Both the position numbers and the translations under genes were made by a program. From an uncultured Eubacteriales bacterium (GTDB lineage: Bacteria; Bacillota; Clostridia; Lachnospirales; Lachnospiraceae): a stretch of DNA of 48,633 bases. This document shows positions 1 through 10,195 of the stretch, in pieces. Within the stretch, counting starts at the first letter, position 1. The number at the start of each line of letters is the position of its first letter. The notes below the pieces were generated by a model. That model did no database searches, had not been told where the DNA came from, and saw only the letters and a program-made list of their open reading frames with translations. The stretch lies in contig ONVB01000206.1 in the NCBI GenBank assembly GCA_900321145.1, positions 1 through 48,633 of the forward strand, in the 5' to 3' direction.

Positions 1-693
1 GAAGTGGTATTCCAGACCATCTGGTCCTCAAAGAACCTGAAAGGCTGTGCGGCCGAGGCTTTGGTCAGGCTGAATGACAGCAAGCTCGGGCTGCTCTTTC
101 CGAGGGAATTTCTGAGTGAGGCGGAAAGGTACGGTTACATAGACAGGATCGGTGATATCACCTTAAGGGAGGTATTTTCGCTTCTTGAGAGCGGAAGTCC
201 GCAGGAAAAGGGCTGGAAGTATATAAATGTAAATCTGTCCGCGGCACAGTGCCTGAAGCCGGGCTTTGTAAAGCAGCTCAGAGACCTGGTCGAGAGCTAT
301 GACGTGAACCCATCCATGATATGTTTTGAGATAGCCGAGTCGGAAGCTCTCGGTGATTACAGCGCTCTTGCGGAGGTGGTAAGACAGCTGAAAATGAACG
401 GCTTTATGTTCTCTATGGAGGGATACGGCATAGGCAGCTCGAATATGTATGCCGCATTTGCACTTGATTTTGATATAATCAAGCTCGACAAGAGTCTGAT
501 AAAGGCTGCTACAGAGGGAGATGCGGGAAGGATCATACTCGAGAATACCGTGAGGATGCTCAGAGAGCTCGGGCAGACCATAGTTGCCGTGGGCATAGAG
601 AACAAGAGACAGTTTGAGTATATTGCCGGTCTCGGGGTAGAATATATGCAGGGATTTTATCTGTCGTCTCCGATGCCGAAAAATCTTCTTTGA
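1..693 (+). CDS. C-terminal EAL-domain of a c-di-GMP signalling protein (5' truncated by the window edge; catalytically degenerate)
   Basis: The frame is open from base 1. Motifs: FQTI..., AEALVRL, INVNLS, FEIAES, IIKLDKS, YMQGFYLSSPMP. The DDFGTGYS loop reads MEGYGIGSS and AEGVE reads AVGIE. Confidence 0.85.
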   Translation, partial: EVVFQTIWSSKNLKGCAAEALVRLNDSKLGLLFPREFLSEAERYGYIDRIGDITLREVFSLLESGSPQEKGWKYINVNLSAAQCLKPGFVKQLRDLVESYDVNPSMICFEIAESEALGDYSALAEVVRQLKMNGFMFSMEGYGIGSSNMYAAFALDFDIIKLDKSLIKAATEGDAGRIILENTVRMLRELGQTIVAVGIENKRQFEYIAGLGVEYMQGFYLSSPMPKNLL

Positions 694-763
694 TATTTAA
701 TATTCTACTTGAACAGTAGGCGTAAAAATGATAAGCTGTATGTCGTGTAGGGAGGTCACCGTT

Positions 764-1516
764 ATGATGGGAAAAGTTCTTATTGTAAGCAAGGGTGAGA
801 CATTTATGGTCGTCACCATGAAAAAAGCATTAAAAAGTGCGGGGTATAGCGTCGACAGCTGCGCTATGACGGCCAGACTTCTGAATTCGAGTAAGGCCGG
901 AGTGGATATATTTGTACTGTATGTGGATGAGGGCAACGAACCCGATCAGGAGGTTTTGCTCATATTGAGGGAGCTTTCGGTTGTCACGGAGAAGAAGGTT
1001 GTGGTCATAGCCTCTTCCGAGGATCTGAGGCTTATTACTCAGGTAGTGCCGGATTCGAATCTCGCCGCTACATTTGTCAGACCCTTTGACGTACACGGCT
1101 TTGTAAACAAGATCAATGAACTCTGCCGCTCGGACGCGCCCGAGAAGAAGAGTATACTCGTAGTCGATGATGATATCACATACCTGAAGATGGTCAACAA
1201 GTGGCTCTCGGACGATTACAAGGTTTCGGTCGTGAGCTCGGGTATGCAGGCCATTACCTGGCTTGCGAAGAATAAGGCCGACCTGGTCATCCTCGATTAT
1301 GAGATGCCGGTTGCGCTCGGATCAAATATCTACGAGATGCTCAAGAGCGAACCTCAGACAGCAGATATACCGATCATGTTCCTCACGGGCAAGAACGATA
1401 TGGAGAGCATAAAAAAGGTATTATCCTTAAAGCCTGAGAGATATCTCTTAAAGTCCATCGGCAAAGAGGCTCTCTTGGTTGAGCTTGAGAATTTCTTCAG
1501 CGGAAGAGAAGCATAG
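764..1516 (+). CDS. Response regulator with two receiver domains (N-terminal degenerate, C-terminal canonical) and no output domain
   Basis: The C-terminal half has ILVVDDD, LVILDYEMP, IMFLTG and YLLKS. The N-terminal half is REC-like (KVLIV, RPFD) but lacks the acidic pocket. Start moved to ATG 764, downstream of the GGAGG at 751-755. Confidence 0.8.
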   Translation: MMGKVLIVSKGETFMVVTMKKALKSAGYSVDSCAMTARLLNSSKAGVDIFVLYVDEGNEPDQEVLLILRELSVVTEKKVVVIASSEDLRLITQVVPDSNLAATFVRPFDVHGFVNKINELCRSDAPEKKSILVVDDDITYLKMVNKWLSDDYKVSVVSSGMQAITWLAKNKADLVILDYEMPVALGSNIYEMLKSEPQTADIPIMFLTGKNDMESIKKVLSLKPERYLLKSIGKEALLVELENFFSGREA

Positions 1517-1557
1517 GTGTCGGAAGCATTTTTACGATATAAGGAAATGATACAAAG

Positions 1558-1620
1558 GCAGTCGGGTGAATATATTAAGTCGTGCGGGCTTGATATATTC
1601 CCCCGGCTGCGTTCTTTATT
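1558..1620 (+). terminator. Long imperfect hairpin, probable intrinsic terminator upstream of the hrcA promoter
   Basis: GCAGTCGGG-TGAATATATTAAGTC ... GGCTTGATATATTC-CCCCGGCTGC followed by GTTCTTTATT. Confidence 0.55.
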
Positions 1621-1666
1621 ATAGGGTTCAAACAGTCTTTTTTCTCGGAATTTTCACACTTTTCCC

Positions 1667-1695
1667 TTGACATTGTAAGCGCTAAGTGTTAGATT
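1667..1695 (+). promoter_or_regulatory. Sigma-A promoter of the dnaK operon
   Basis: TTGACA (1667-1672), 17-bp spacer, extended -10 TGnTAGATT (TAGATT at 1690-1695), just upstream of CIRCE. Confidence 0.75.
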
Positions 1696-1707
1696 AGCAT
1701 ATATGAA

Positions 1708-1734
1708 TTAGCACTCGATTTTGATGAGTGCTAA
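1708..1734 (+). promoter_or_regulatory. CIRCE element (HrcA operator)
   Basis: Perfect TTAGCACTC-N9-GAGTGCTAA, 18 bp before the hrcA start. Confidence 0.98.
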
Positions 1735-1752
1735 TAACAGGGAGGGACGCGA

Positions 1753-2796
1753 ATGGAGCTTGATGACCGCAAGAGCACAATCCTCAAGGCGATCGTTTCA
1801 AACTACCTCGAGACAGGCGAGCCTGTCGGTTCACGAACCATATCCAAGATGAGCGACCTCGGTCTTTCGTCTGCCACGATCAGAAATGAGATGGCAGACC
1901 TTGAAGAACTCGGGTACATCATCCAGCCGCATACTTCGGCAGGGCGAATCCCCACCGACGCCGGCTACCGCTTCTATGTCGACAGACTTATGGAGGAGAA
2001 GGTAGAGGTCGAGGAGGAGAGAGGATCGCTGCTCGAGCGTGTAGACAGGATGGAGCTGCTGCTGAAGCAGGTCGCCAGAGTACTTGCCTCCAACACGAAC
2101 TATGCGACGCTTGTCACGGCGCCCGACTACAAGAAGACTGTCAAGTTCATACAGCTCTCTCTTGTGGATGCGTCGAATCTCCTGGCGGTGATCGTGGTTG
2201 ACGGCAATATCATCAAAAACCAGATGATACACTTGAATGTACTCCTGGATAACGAGGATGTTCTAAAATTCAATATATTGCTCAACACCTTCCTTCAGGG
2301 TGCATCGCTTGAGGACATTAACCTCGAGATGATACAGGAGATGAAGAAGCAGTCCGGAGAATATGCTGACATATTGGATCACATATTTACGGGCATAACC
2401 GATGCGATACACGAGGCGCAGAAGATAGATATCTATACCAGCGGCTCGACCAACTTCTTAAAGTATCCGGAGCTTGCCGATGCGAACAAGGCAAGTGAGC
2501 TGCTTGAAACCTTCGAGGATAAGGATGAGCTCAATGCCTTGATCCGAGAGACGGATGCGGAAGGAGATGACACCGGAATACAGATATATATCGGAGATGA
2601 AACACCGGTACAAAATATGAAAGATTGCTCGCTCGTCACAGCAACCTATCAGATGCCCGAAGGGGCTAAGGGCCGAATAGGAATTATCGGTCCCAAAAGG
2701 ATGGATTACAAAAAGGTTGTGAGTACCTTGAAGAATCTGACGATAGAGCTTGATGATATATTCAAAAAATCGAGAGAGGTGACGAATGATGAGTGA
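1753..2796 (+). CDS. hrcA: Heat-inducible transcription repressor HrcA
   Basis: EPVGSRTI, SSATIRNEMADLEELGY, PHTSAGRIPT and GIIGPKRMDY motifs; upstream CIRCE; operon position. Confidence 0.98.
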   Translation: MELDDRKSTILKAIVSNYLETGEPVGSRTISKMSDLGLSSATIRNEMADLEELGYIIQPHTSAGRIPTDAGYRFYVDRLMEEKVEVEEERGSLLERVDRMELLLKQVARVLASNTNYATLVTAPDYKKTVKFIQLSLVDASNLLAVIVVDGNIIKNQMIHLNVLLDNEDVLKFNILLNTFLQGASLEDINLEMIQEMKKQSGEYADILDHIFTGITDAIHEAQKIDIYTSGSTNFLKYPELADANKASELLETFEDKDELNALIRETDAEGDDTGIQIYIGDETPVQNMKDCSLVTATYQMPEGAKGRIGIIGPKRMDYKKVVSTLKNLTIELDDIFKKSREVTNDE

Positions 2797-3436
2797 AAAG
2801 AAAAAGGCTGAAAGGAGTCCTGACGAGCTTGTCGAAGAGATCAGGATAACCGATGCCGCAGAGAGCCAGGGGACGGATGTTAAGATCGACGAGGTCAAAG
2901 AGGTTAAGGATGCCTCTTCACCGGATGCCGAGAATGCCAGACCCAAGCCGGTTCCGAAGGGAAGCCGCAGAGGCTCAAAATCGATGCAGGTAGAGATCGA
3001 CAGACTCAAGGAGCTTGCATCGGGCAATGAGGAGAAGTATAAGAGACTCCTCGCAGAGTTTGAGAATGCAAGACAGCGCCATGAGAAGGAGTCCATGAAG
3101 CACTATGACATAGGTGCCAAGGAAGTGCTCGAAAAGCTGCTTCCGGTCGTGGATAATTTCGAGAGAGCGCTTGATGCCGTTCCCGAGGAGGACAAGGGCA
3201 GAGCCTTTGAACAGGGAATAGATATGATATATAAGCAGATGATGACGGCCTTTACAGACATCGGAGTGACTCCGATGAACGCCGTCGGCAAGTACTTCGA
3301 TCCCGAGTTCCACAACGCGGTGATCCACATAGAAGATGAGAATGTGGGTGAGAACATCATCGTTGAGGAGATGCAGAAGGGATATATGTACAAGGATCAG
3401 GTTTTAAGGCATGCTATGGTAAAGGTAGCAAACTAG
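2786..3436 (+). CDS. grpE: Nucleotide exchange factor GrpE
   Basis: RLLAEFEN, LLPVVDNFERAL, FDPEFHNAV and QKGY...VLRHAMVKV motifs; overlaps the hrcA stop. Confidence 0.97.
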   Translation: MMSEKKKAERSPDELVEEIRITDAAESQGTDVKIDEVKEVKDASSPDAENARPKPVPKGSRRGSKSMQVEIDRLKELASGNEEKYKRLLAEFENARQRHEKESMKHYDIGAKEVLEKLLPVVDNFERALDAVPEEDKGRAFEQGIDMIYKQMMTAFTDIGVTPMNAVGKYFDPEFHNAVIHIEDENVGENIIVEEMQKGYMYKDQVLRHAMVKVAN

Positions 3437-3443
3437 ACATTGA

Positions 3444-3553
3444 GCACTTAATGAGAACGAGTCGAAGACGAAGTTCGAATTTAGTGCGAAAGTCGTCACC
3501 GATGCTTAACGAAAGCGAGTCGAAGACGAAGCTTGAGTTTAGCAGAGTGTGAC
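3444..3553. repeat. Two copies of a structured hairpin motif in the grpE-dnaK spacer
   Basis: A 16-bp perfect direct repeat CGAGTCGAAGACGAAG at 3458-3473 and 3516-3531. Each copy sits inside a stem whose pairs co-vary between the copies. Confidence 0.8.
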
Positions 3554-3582
3554 ATATATAGACATCAACATTAATATATTAA

Positions 3583-5445
<1,863 letters not shown>

Positions 5446-5471
5446 AGTCGGATCTTTAAGAGGGTGTAAAG

Positions 5472-6644
5472 ATGGCAGATAAAAGAGATTATTATGAGGT
5501 CTTAGGTGTCGAAAAGGGCGTATCTGAGGCCGACCTTAAAAAGGCATATCGTAAGGTTGCAAAGAAATACCATCCGGATACCAATCCCGGCGATGATGAG
5601 GCTGCCGAGAAGTTCAAGGAAGCTGCGGAGGCTTACGCTGTGCTCTCGGATCCCGAGAAGCGTGCGAGATACGACCAGTTCGGTCATGCCGCATTTGAGC
5701 AGGGCGGCGGAGGCGGAGATCCCTTCGGAGGCTTCAACTTCGCTGATATGGGTGATATCTTCGGTGATATCTTCGGTGATATGTTCGGCGGTGGTTCGCG
5801 CCAGAGGACATCAAACGGCCCTATGCGCGGTGCCGATATAAAGACGACTATGCGTGTAAGCTTTACGGAAGCAGTGTTCGGAACACAGCAGGAGATAGAG
5901 CTTCCGCTTAAGGATGAGTGTGATGTATGTAAGGGAAGCGGCTCTCAGCCGGGACACCAGCCCGAGACCTGCGGCAAGTGTGCAGGTAAGGGACAGGTTG
6001 TATATACCCAGCAGTCACTCTTCGGCATGGCAAGAACCATACAGAGCTGTCCGGATTGCGGCGGTTCGGGAAAGATCATCAAGTTCAAGTGCTCGAACTG
6101 TGCGGGTACCGGTTATGTAAAGAGCAAGAAGCGTATCCAGGTTGCGGTTCCGGCAGGTATAGATAACGGACAGAGTATCCGTATTAGAGGAAAGGGCGAG
6201 CCGGGTATCAACGGCGGCGAGCGCGGAGATCTTCTTGTGACTATCTTAGTAGACAGAGATCCGGTATTCCAGAGACAGGATTACGATCTGTTCTCTTCAG
6301 AGCCAATCAGCTTCACACAGGCTGCTCTCGGCGGAAGGATAACGGTCAATACCATAGACGGACCTTATGAGCTTGATATAAAGGCAGGTACGCAGACCGA
6401 TACCAAGGTTAAGCTTAAGGGCAAGGGTGTTCCTACATTAAGGAACAAGAACCAGAGAGGAGATCATTACGTAACTCTTGTAGTTCAGGTACCCGATAAG
6501 CTTACCGAGGAACAAAAGAGCATACTTCATCAGTATGCGGCTGTTTCGGGCGTAGAGGTAAGAGCTGCTACGGACCAGCCGGCAGGCACGGGTTCACTGT
6601 TCGGTGACCACAAGAGGAAAAAGGGATTCAAGAAGGGATTTTAA
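5472..6644 (+). CDS. dnaJ: Chaperone DnaJ
   Basis: J domain with HPD, G/F-rich linker, four CxxCxGxG zinc-finger repeats. Confidence 0.98.
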   Translation: MADKRDYYEVLGVEKGVSEADLKKAYRKVAKKYHPDTNPGDDEAAEKFKEAAEAYAVLSDPEKRARYDQFGHAAFEQGGGGGDPFGGFNFADMGDIFGDIFGDMFGGGSRQRTSNGPMRGADIKTTMRVSFTEAVFGTQQEIELPLKDECDVCKGSGSQPGHQPETCGKCAGKGQVVYTQQSLFGMARTIQSCPDCGGSGKIIKFKCSNCAGTGYVKSKKRIQVAVPAGIDNGQSIRIRGKGEPGINGGERGDLLVTILVDRDPVFQRQDYDLFSSEPISFTQAALGGRITVNTIDGPYELDIKAGTQTDTKVKLKGKGVPTLRNKNQRGDHYVTLVVQVPDKLTEEQKSILHQYAAVSGVEVRAATDQPAGTGSLFGDHKRKKGFKKGF

Positions 6645-6650
6645 AATAAT

Positions 6651-7676
6651 ATGAAGTGGACCAGACTTGAGATCAAAACCACAACCGAGGCTTCGGAGCT
6701 GTTGAGCTTCTTTCTTGAGGAGCACGGCGTTGAGGGTGTGATGATAGAGGATAATGTGCCACTCACCGAGGAGGAGCTTTCTGCGATGTATGTGGATATT
6801 CCCCTTACGGCCGGAGAAGATGACGGAACGGCAAGGGTATCCTGCTTTTTGGACGAGAGCTTCGACATAGATTCCATTAAGGCGGATATAGCTGATGAGC
6901 TTATCCGCCTTAAAGAATTTGTTGATGTAGGTGAGGGCTGCATAACGGTTTCTGAAACCGAGGATAAGGATTGGATGAACTCATGGAAGGAGAATTTCAA
7001 GCCTTTCCGCGTAGCTGACAATATGATCATAAAGCCGACCTGGGAGGCTAAGCCCGAGGATGCCAAGGATGATGACATAATCATCGAGATAGATCCGGGC
7101 GCGGCCTTTGGTACGGGTTCCCATGAGACTACAAGGCTCTGTATCGGACTTTTGAAGAAGTACTTGAAGTCCGGTGATACCCTGCTTGACGTGGGTACGG
7201 GCTCCGGTATACTTGCCATAGCGGGAGTAAAGCTTGGTGCGTCATTTGCACACGGTTCGGATGTGGATGAGGCCGCTGTCAGATCAGCTGAAGAAAATGC
7301 GGTGTCTAATGGATTAAACAGCGATTGGATCACATTTTCCCACGGAAATCTTCTCTCGATTGTCGACGATTCCTACAGTATAGAGAAGGCAAAAAATGAT
7401 GTGAGCCGTGAGGAGTCTGCAAGACGCATACTGACTGCCAACGGCGGTTATAAGTATGATGTGGTAGTCGCAAATATCCTTGCGGATGTGATAATTGCTT
7501 TAACCGGAGGGATAAAGCCCTTCATAAAACCGGGCGGTAAGTATATCGTATCCGGCATACTCACCGAACGGGCAGAGGATGTCAAGAAGGCGTTGAAGAA
7601 AAACGGTTTTAATGTGATAGATGAAGAGACCTTGGGCGAGTGGACCGCGATAGCGTGCGAAGGGTCTTATGATTAG
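6651..7676 (+). CDS. prmA: 50S ribosomal protein L11 methyltransferase
   Basis: IDPGAAFGTGSHETT, LDVGTGSGILAI and VVANI motifs; canonical position after dnaJ. Confidence 0.95.
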   Translation: MKWTRLEIKTTTEASELLSFFLEEHGVEGVMIEDNVPLTEEELSAMYVDIPLTAGEDDGTARVSCFLDESFDIDSIKADIADELIRLKEFVDVGEGCITVSETEDKDWMNSWKENFKPFRVADNMIIKPTWEAKPEDAKDDDIIIEIDPGAAFGTGSHETTRLCIGLLKKYLKSGDTLLDVGTGSGILAIAGVKLGASFAHGSDVDEAAVRSAEENAVSNGLNSDWITFSHGNLLSIVDDSYSIEKAKNDVSREESARRILTANGGYKYDVVVANILADVIIALTGGIKPFIKPGGKYIVSGILTERAEDVKKALKKNGFNVIDEETLGEWTAIACEGSYD

Positions 7677-7689
7677 GAGGAACAAAAAG

Positions 7690-8946
7690 ATGATAAAAGT
7701 AGACATATTATCAGGTTTTTTGGGAGCGGGAAAAACTACTCTCATCAAGAAGCTTATCGACCAGGCATTCAAGGGCGAGAAGCTGGTGCTTATTGAAAAT
7801 GAGTTCGGTGAGATCGGCATCGACGGCGGCTTCTTAAAGGATGCAGGCGTTGAGATAACCGAGATGAACTCGGGATGTATCTGCTGTACATTGGTAGGTG
7901 ACTTCGGCGAGGCATTGAAGAAGGTTGCAGATCAGTTTACTCCGGACAGGGTTATAATCGAACCCTCGGGTGTAGGCAAGCTTTCGGATGTTATAAAGGC
8001 AGTGACCGACGTGCAGGAGCAGGCCGGGGTAGTCATAAACAGCGCGACTACCGTGGTAGATGTAAAGAAATGTAAGATGTACATGAAGAACTTCGGAGAG
8101 TTCTTTAACAACCAGATAGAGAGCGCAGGTACGATCGTGCTTTCAAGAACCCAGGAGGTAAGCGAGGCTAAGATCAACGAGGCAGTTGCCATGATCAAGG
8201 AGCACAATGCTACCGCACAGATAATCACTACTCCGTGGGAGCAGATTGAGGGCAAGGTTATCTTGGATGCTATGGAGGGCTGCAATACTCTTGACGACTT
8301 CATAAAGGAAGCTATCGAGATAGCAAAGAAGCACCAGGAGGAGCATGAGCACGAGCATCATCACCACCACGACCATGACGAGGACGAGCATGAGCATCAT
8401 CACCACCACGACCATGATGATGAGGAGCATGAGCATCACCACCACCACGATCATGATGAGGACGAACATGAGCATCATCACCACGACCATGATAAGGACG
8501 AGCATGAGCATCATCACCACCACGACCATGATGAGGACGAGCATGAGCATCATCATCACCACGATCATGATCACGATGAGCATGACCATCATGAGCACCA
8601 CTATGATGAGAATGGTGTATGCAGCTGCGGTCACCATCATCACGATCATGACGGTCATCATCATGCGGATGATGTATTTACAAGCTGGGGTGTTGAGACC
8701 GCAAAGAAGTACAGCGAGGAAGAACTTAAGGATATACTTCAGGAGCTCTCGCAGGATGCGGTTTCCTATGGAATCATCCTTCGTGCCAAGGGTATGGTTC
8801 CCGACGAAGCAGGCGTATGGCATCAGTTTGATTTAGTTCCCGGTGATTACGAAGTAAGGACAGGCTCTGCAGATGTTACCGGAAAGCTCTGCGTAATAGG
8901 CAGCCAACTTAAAGAAGACGCTATCAAAGAGCTGTTCAAACTGTAA
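7690..8946 (+). CDS. COG0523/CobW-family (G3E) metallochaperone GTPase with a very long His-rich insert
   Basis: GFLGAGKTT Walker A, ENEFGE, GCICC metal motif, EPSG, CobW_C-like end (ILRAKG). Start moved to ATG 7690, downstream of the AGGAGG at 7675-7680. Confidence 0.92.
   Translation: MIKVDILSGFLGAGKTTLIKKLIDQAFKGEKLVLIENEFGEIGIDGGFLKDAGVEITEMNSGCICCTLVGDFGEALKKVADQFTPDRVIIEPSGVGKLSDVIKAVTDVQEQAGVVINSATTVVDVKKCKMYMKNFGEFFNNQIESAGTIVLSRTQEVSEAKINEAVAMIKEHNATAQIITTPWEQIEGKVILDAMEGCNTLDDFIKEAIEIAKKHQEEHEHEHHHHHDHDEDEHEHHHHHDHDDEEHEHHHHHDHDEDEHEHHHHDHDKDEHEHHHHHDHDEDEHEHHHHHDHDHDEHDHHEHHYDENGVCSCGHHHHDHDGHHHADDVFTSWGVETAKKYSEEELKDILQELSQDAVSYGIILRAKGMVPDEAGVWHQFDLVPGDYEVRTGSADVTGKLCVIGSQLKEDAIKELFKL
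8332..8664 (+). repeat. In-frame ~39-bp tandem repeat encoding (EHEHHHHHDHDED)x6 plus a degenerate copy
   Basis: Read directly from the translation; about 57 His in 111 codons, ending in CSCGHHHHDHDGHHH. Confidence 0.95.
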
Positions 8947-8954
8947 TTATTAAA

Positions 8955-8979
8955 GATTCTTCGCTTCGCTCAGAATGAC
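8955..8979. repeat. Single REP-like palindromic element
   Basis: GATTCTTCGCTTCGCTCAGAATGAC (reverse: GTCATTCTGAGCGAAGCGAAGAATC), 8 bp after the stop codon; resembles (C/T)GTC-tagged REP-type repeats. Confidence 0.55.
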
Positions 8980-9102
8980 ACCGAATATGATTACAGTGTT
9001 ATAATTAAGAGCTTAGCAACTTAAATTCCGACAATAACCAGCAACCCGAGCGTACTTAACATATATGCGCGACGGTTGCGTCACCAAGATAGGAGTATTA
9101 AC

Positions 9103-10068
9103 ATGGGTCCAAGTAAAAATAATCAGGTTGAAGAAATCCCGGTATATATGTTTCTTGGTTTTTTAGAGAGCGGCAAGACCACATTTGCTAAGGAAACCCT
9201 GATAGACCGCGGTTTCACCGAAGGCGAGCCAACCCTTCTTCTGGTATGCGAGGAGGGCGAGGAGGAGTATGACGTGGAGCTCCTCAAGAAGGATAACATA
9301 TTCACCGAGTTTATAGATGATGAAAACCTGACTACCGACTACCTGATCTCGCTTCAGGACAAGTATAAGCCGACCAGGGTTTTGATCGAGTATAACGGCA
9401 CATGGAAGATGGAAAAGCTCTTCGGCATGAGAGTCCCCAAGGGCTGGACCGTGGTTCAGGTAATAAGCTTTGTGAATGCGCAGACCTTCGATCTGTACAT
9501 CGCAAATATGCGTCAGATGATGAACGAGCATCTTGCGACAGCGGATATGATAGTATTTAACCGCTGTGATGAGAATACAAGACGCGGAGAGTACAGAAGG
9601 AGCATAAAGGCCATAAACAGGCGTGCTCAGATCATCTTCGAGAATAAGGAGGGTGTCGCAGAGATGGACGACACGGTGGATCTTCCTTATGACCTTGAGG
9701 CTGCAGTGCTTGAGCCTGAAGAGGATGATTTCGGAGTATTTTACATAGATGCCTGTGACAATCCCGACAGGTATGTGGGCAAGACTGTAAAGACCAAGGC
9801 GCAGGTGTTCAAACCTAAGGAGTATGGAGCGAAGGCTTTTGTCTCGGGAAGGTTTGCGATGACATGCTGCGCGGAGGATATACAGTTCGTGGGTGTGAAG
9901 ACATATTTTGACGCCGCAAAGCACTTAAGAGACAGACAGTGGGTTGAGGTGACCGGTGTGATGGATAAGGAGTTTTATCCCGAGTTCGGCGCTGAGGGAC
10001 CGGTCATAAAGGCGTCAAAGGTTGAGCCCGCAAAGCCCGCCGAGGAGGAAGTTGTATACTTTTCATAA
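9103..10068 (+). CDS. Degenerate CobW-like GTPase domain fused to a TIGR03943/DUF1980-type C-terminal domain
   Basis: GFLESGKTT, CEEGEEEY, IEYNG and FNR in the N-half; GRFAMTCCAEDI...WVEVTG in the C-half. ATG 9103 follows AGGAG. Confidence 0.75.
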   Translation: MGPSKNNQVEEIPVYMFLGFLESGKTTFAKETLIDRGFTEGEPTLLLVCEEGEEEYDVELLKKDNIFTEFIDDENLTTDYLISLQDKYKPTRVLIEYNGTWKMEKLFGMRVPKGWTVVQVISFVNAQTFDLYIANMRQMMNEHLATADMIVFNRCDENTRRGEYRRSIKAINRRAQIIFENKEGVAEMDDTVDLPYDLEAAVLEPEEDDFGVFYIDACDNPDRYVGKTVKTKAQVFKPKEYGAKAFVSGRFAMTCCAEDIQFVGVKTYFDAAKHLRDRQWVEVTGVMDKEFYPEFGAEGPVIKASKVEPAKPAEEEVVYFS

Positions 10069-10087
10069 TTAAAGAAGCCTTATTTTA

Positions 10088-10162
10088 TAAGGTTTGTTTA
10101 AGGTTATTATCACATTTGTGTAACAGTTTTATCAATTTCCTGCCACATTTGAGGTATAGAAT
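10088..10162 (+). promoter_or_regulatory. htrA promoter with 11-bp phased direct repeats (putative OmpR-family sites)
   Basis: TAAGG at 10088 and 10099, TCACA 10110, TAACA 10121, TCAAT 10132, CCACA 10143; -10-like TAGAAT at 10157-10162. Confidence 0.45.
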
Positions 10163-10195
10163 ACCCAGCATAAAGAAAAAGAAAGGGTGATTGAT

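Noticed and set aside
3458-3531. Mini-CRISPR or second CIRCE between grpE and dnaK
   Set aside because: Only two 16-bp copies with related, co-varying flanks; no TTAGCACTC-N9-GAGTGCTAA match.
8143-8836. Met/Val-rich minus-strand ORF (8143..8823) and Thr/Met-rich alternate-frame ORF (8345..8836)
   Set aside because: Shadow frames of the CAT/CAC/GAT/GAG His-repeat, which lacks stop codons in other frames.
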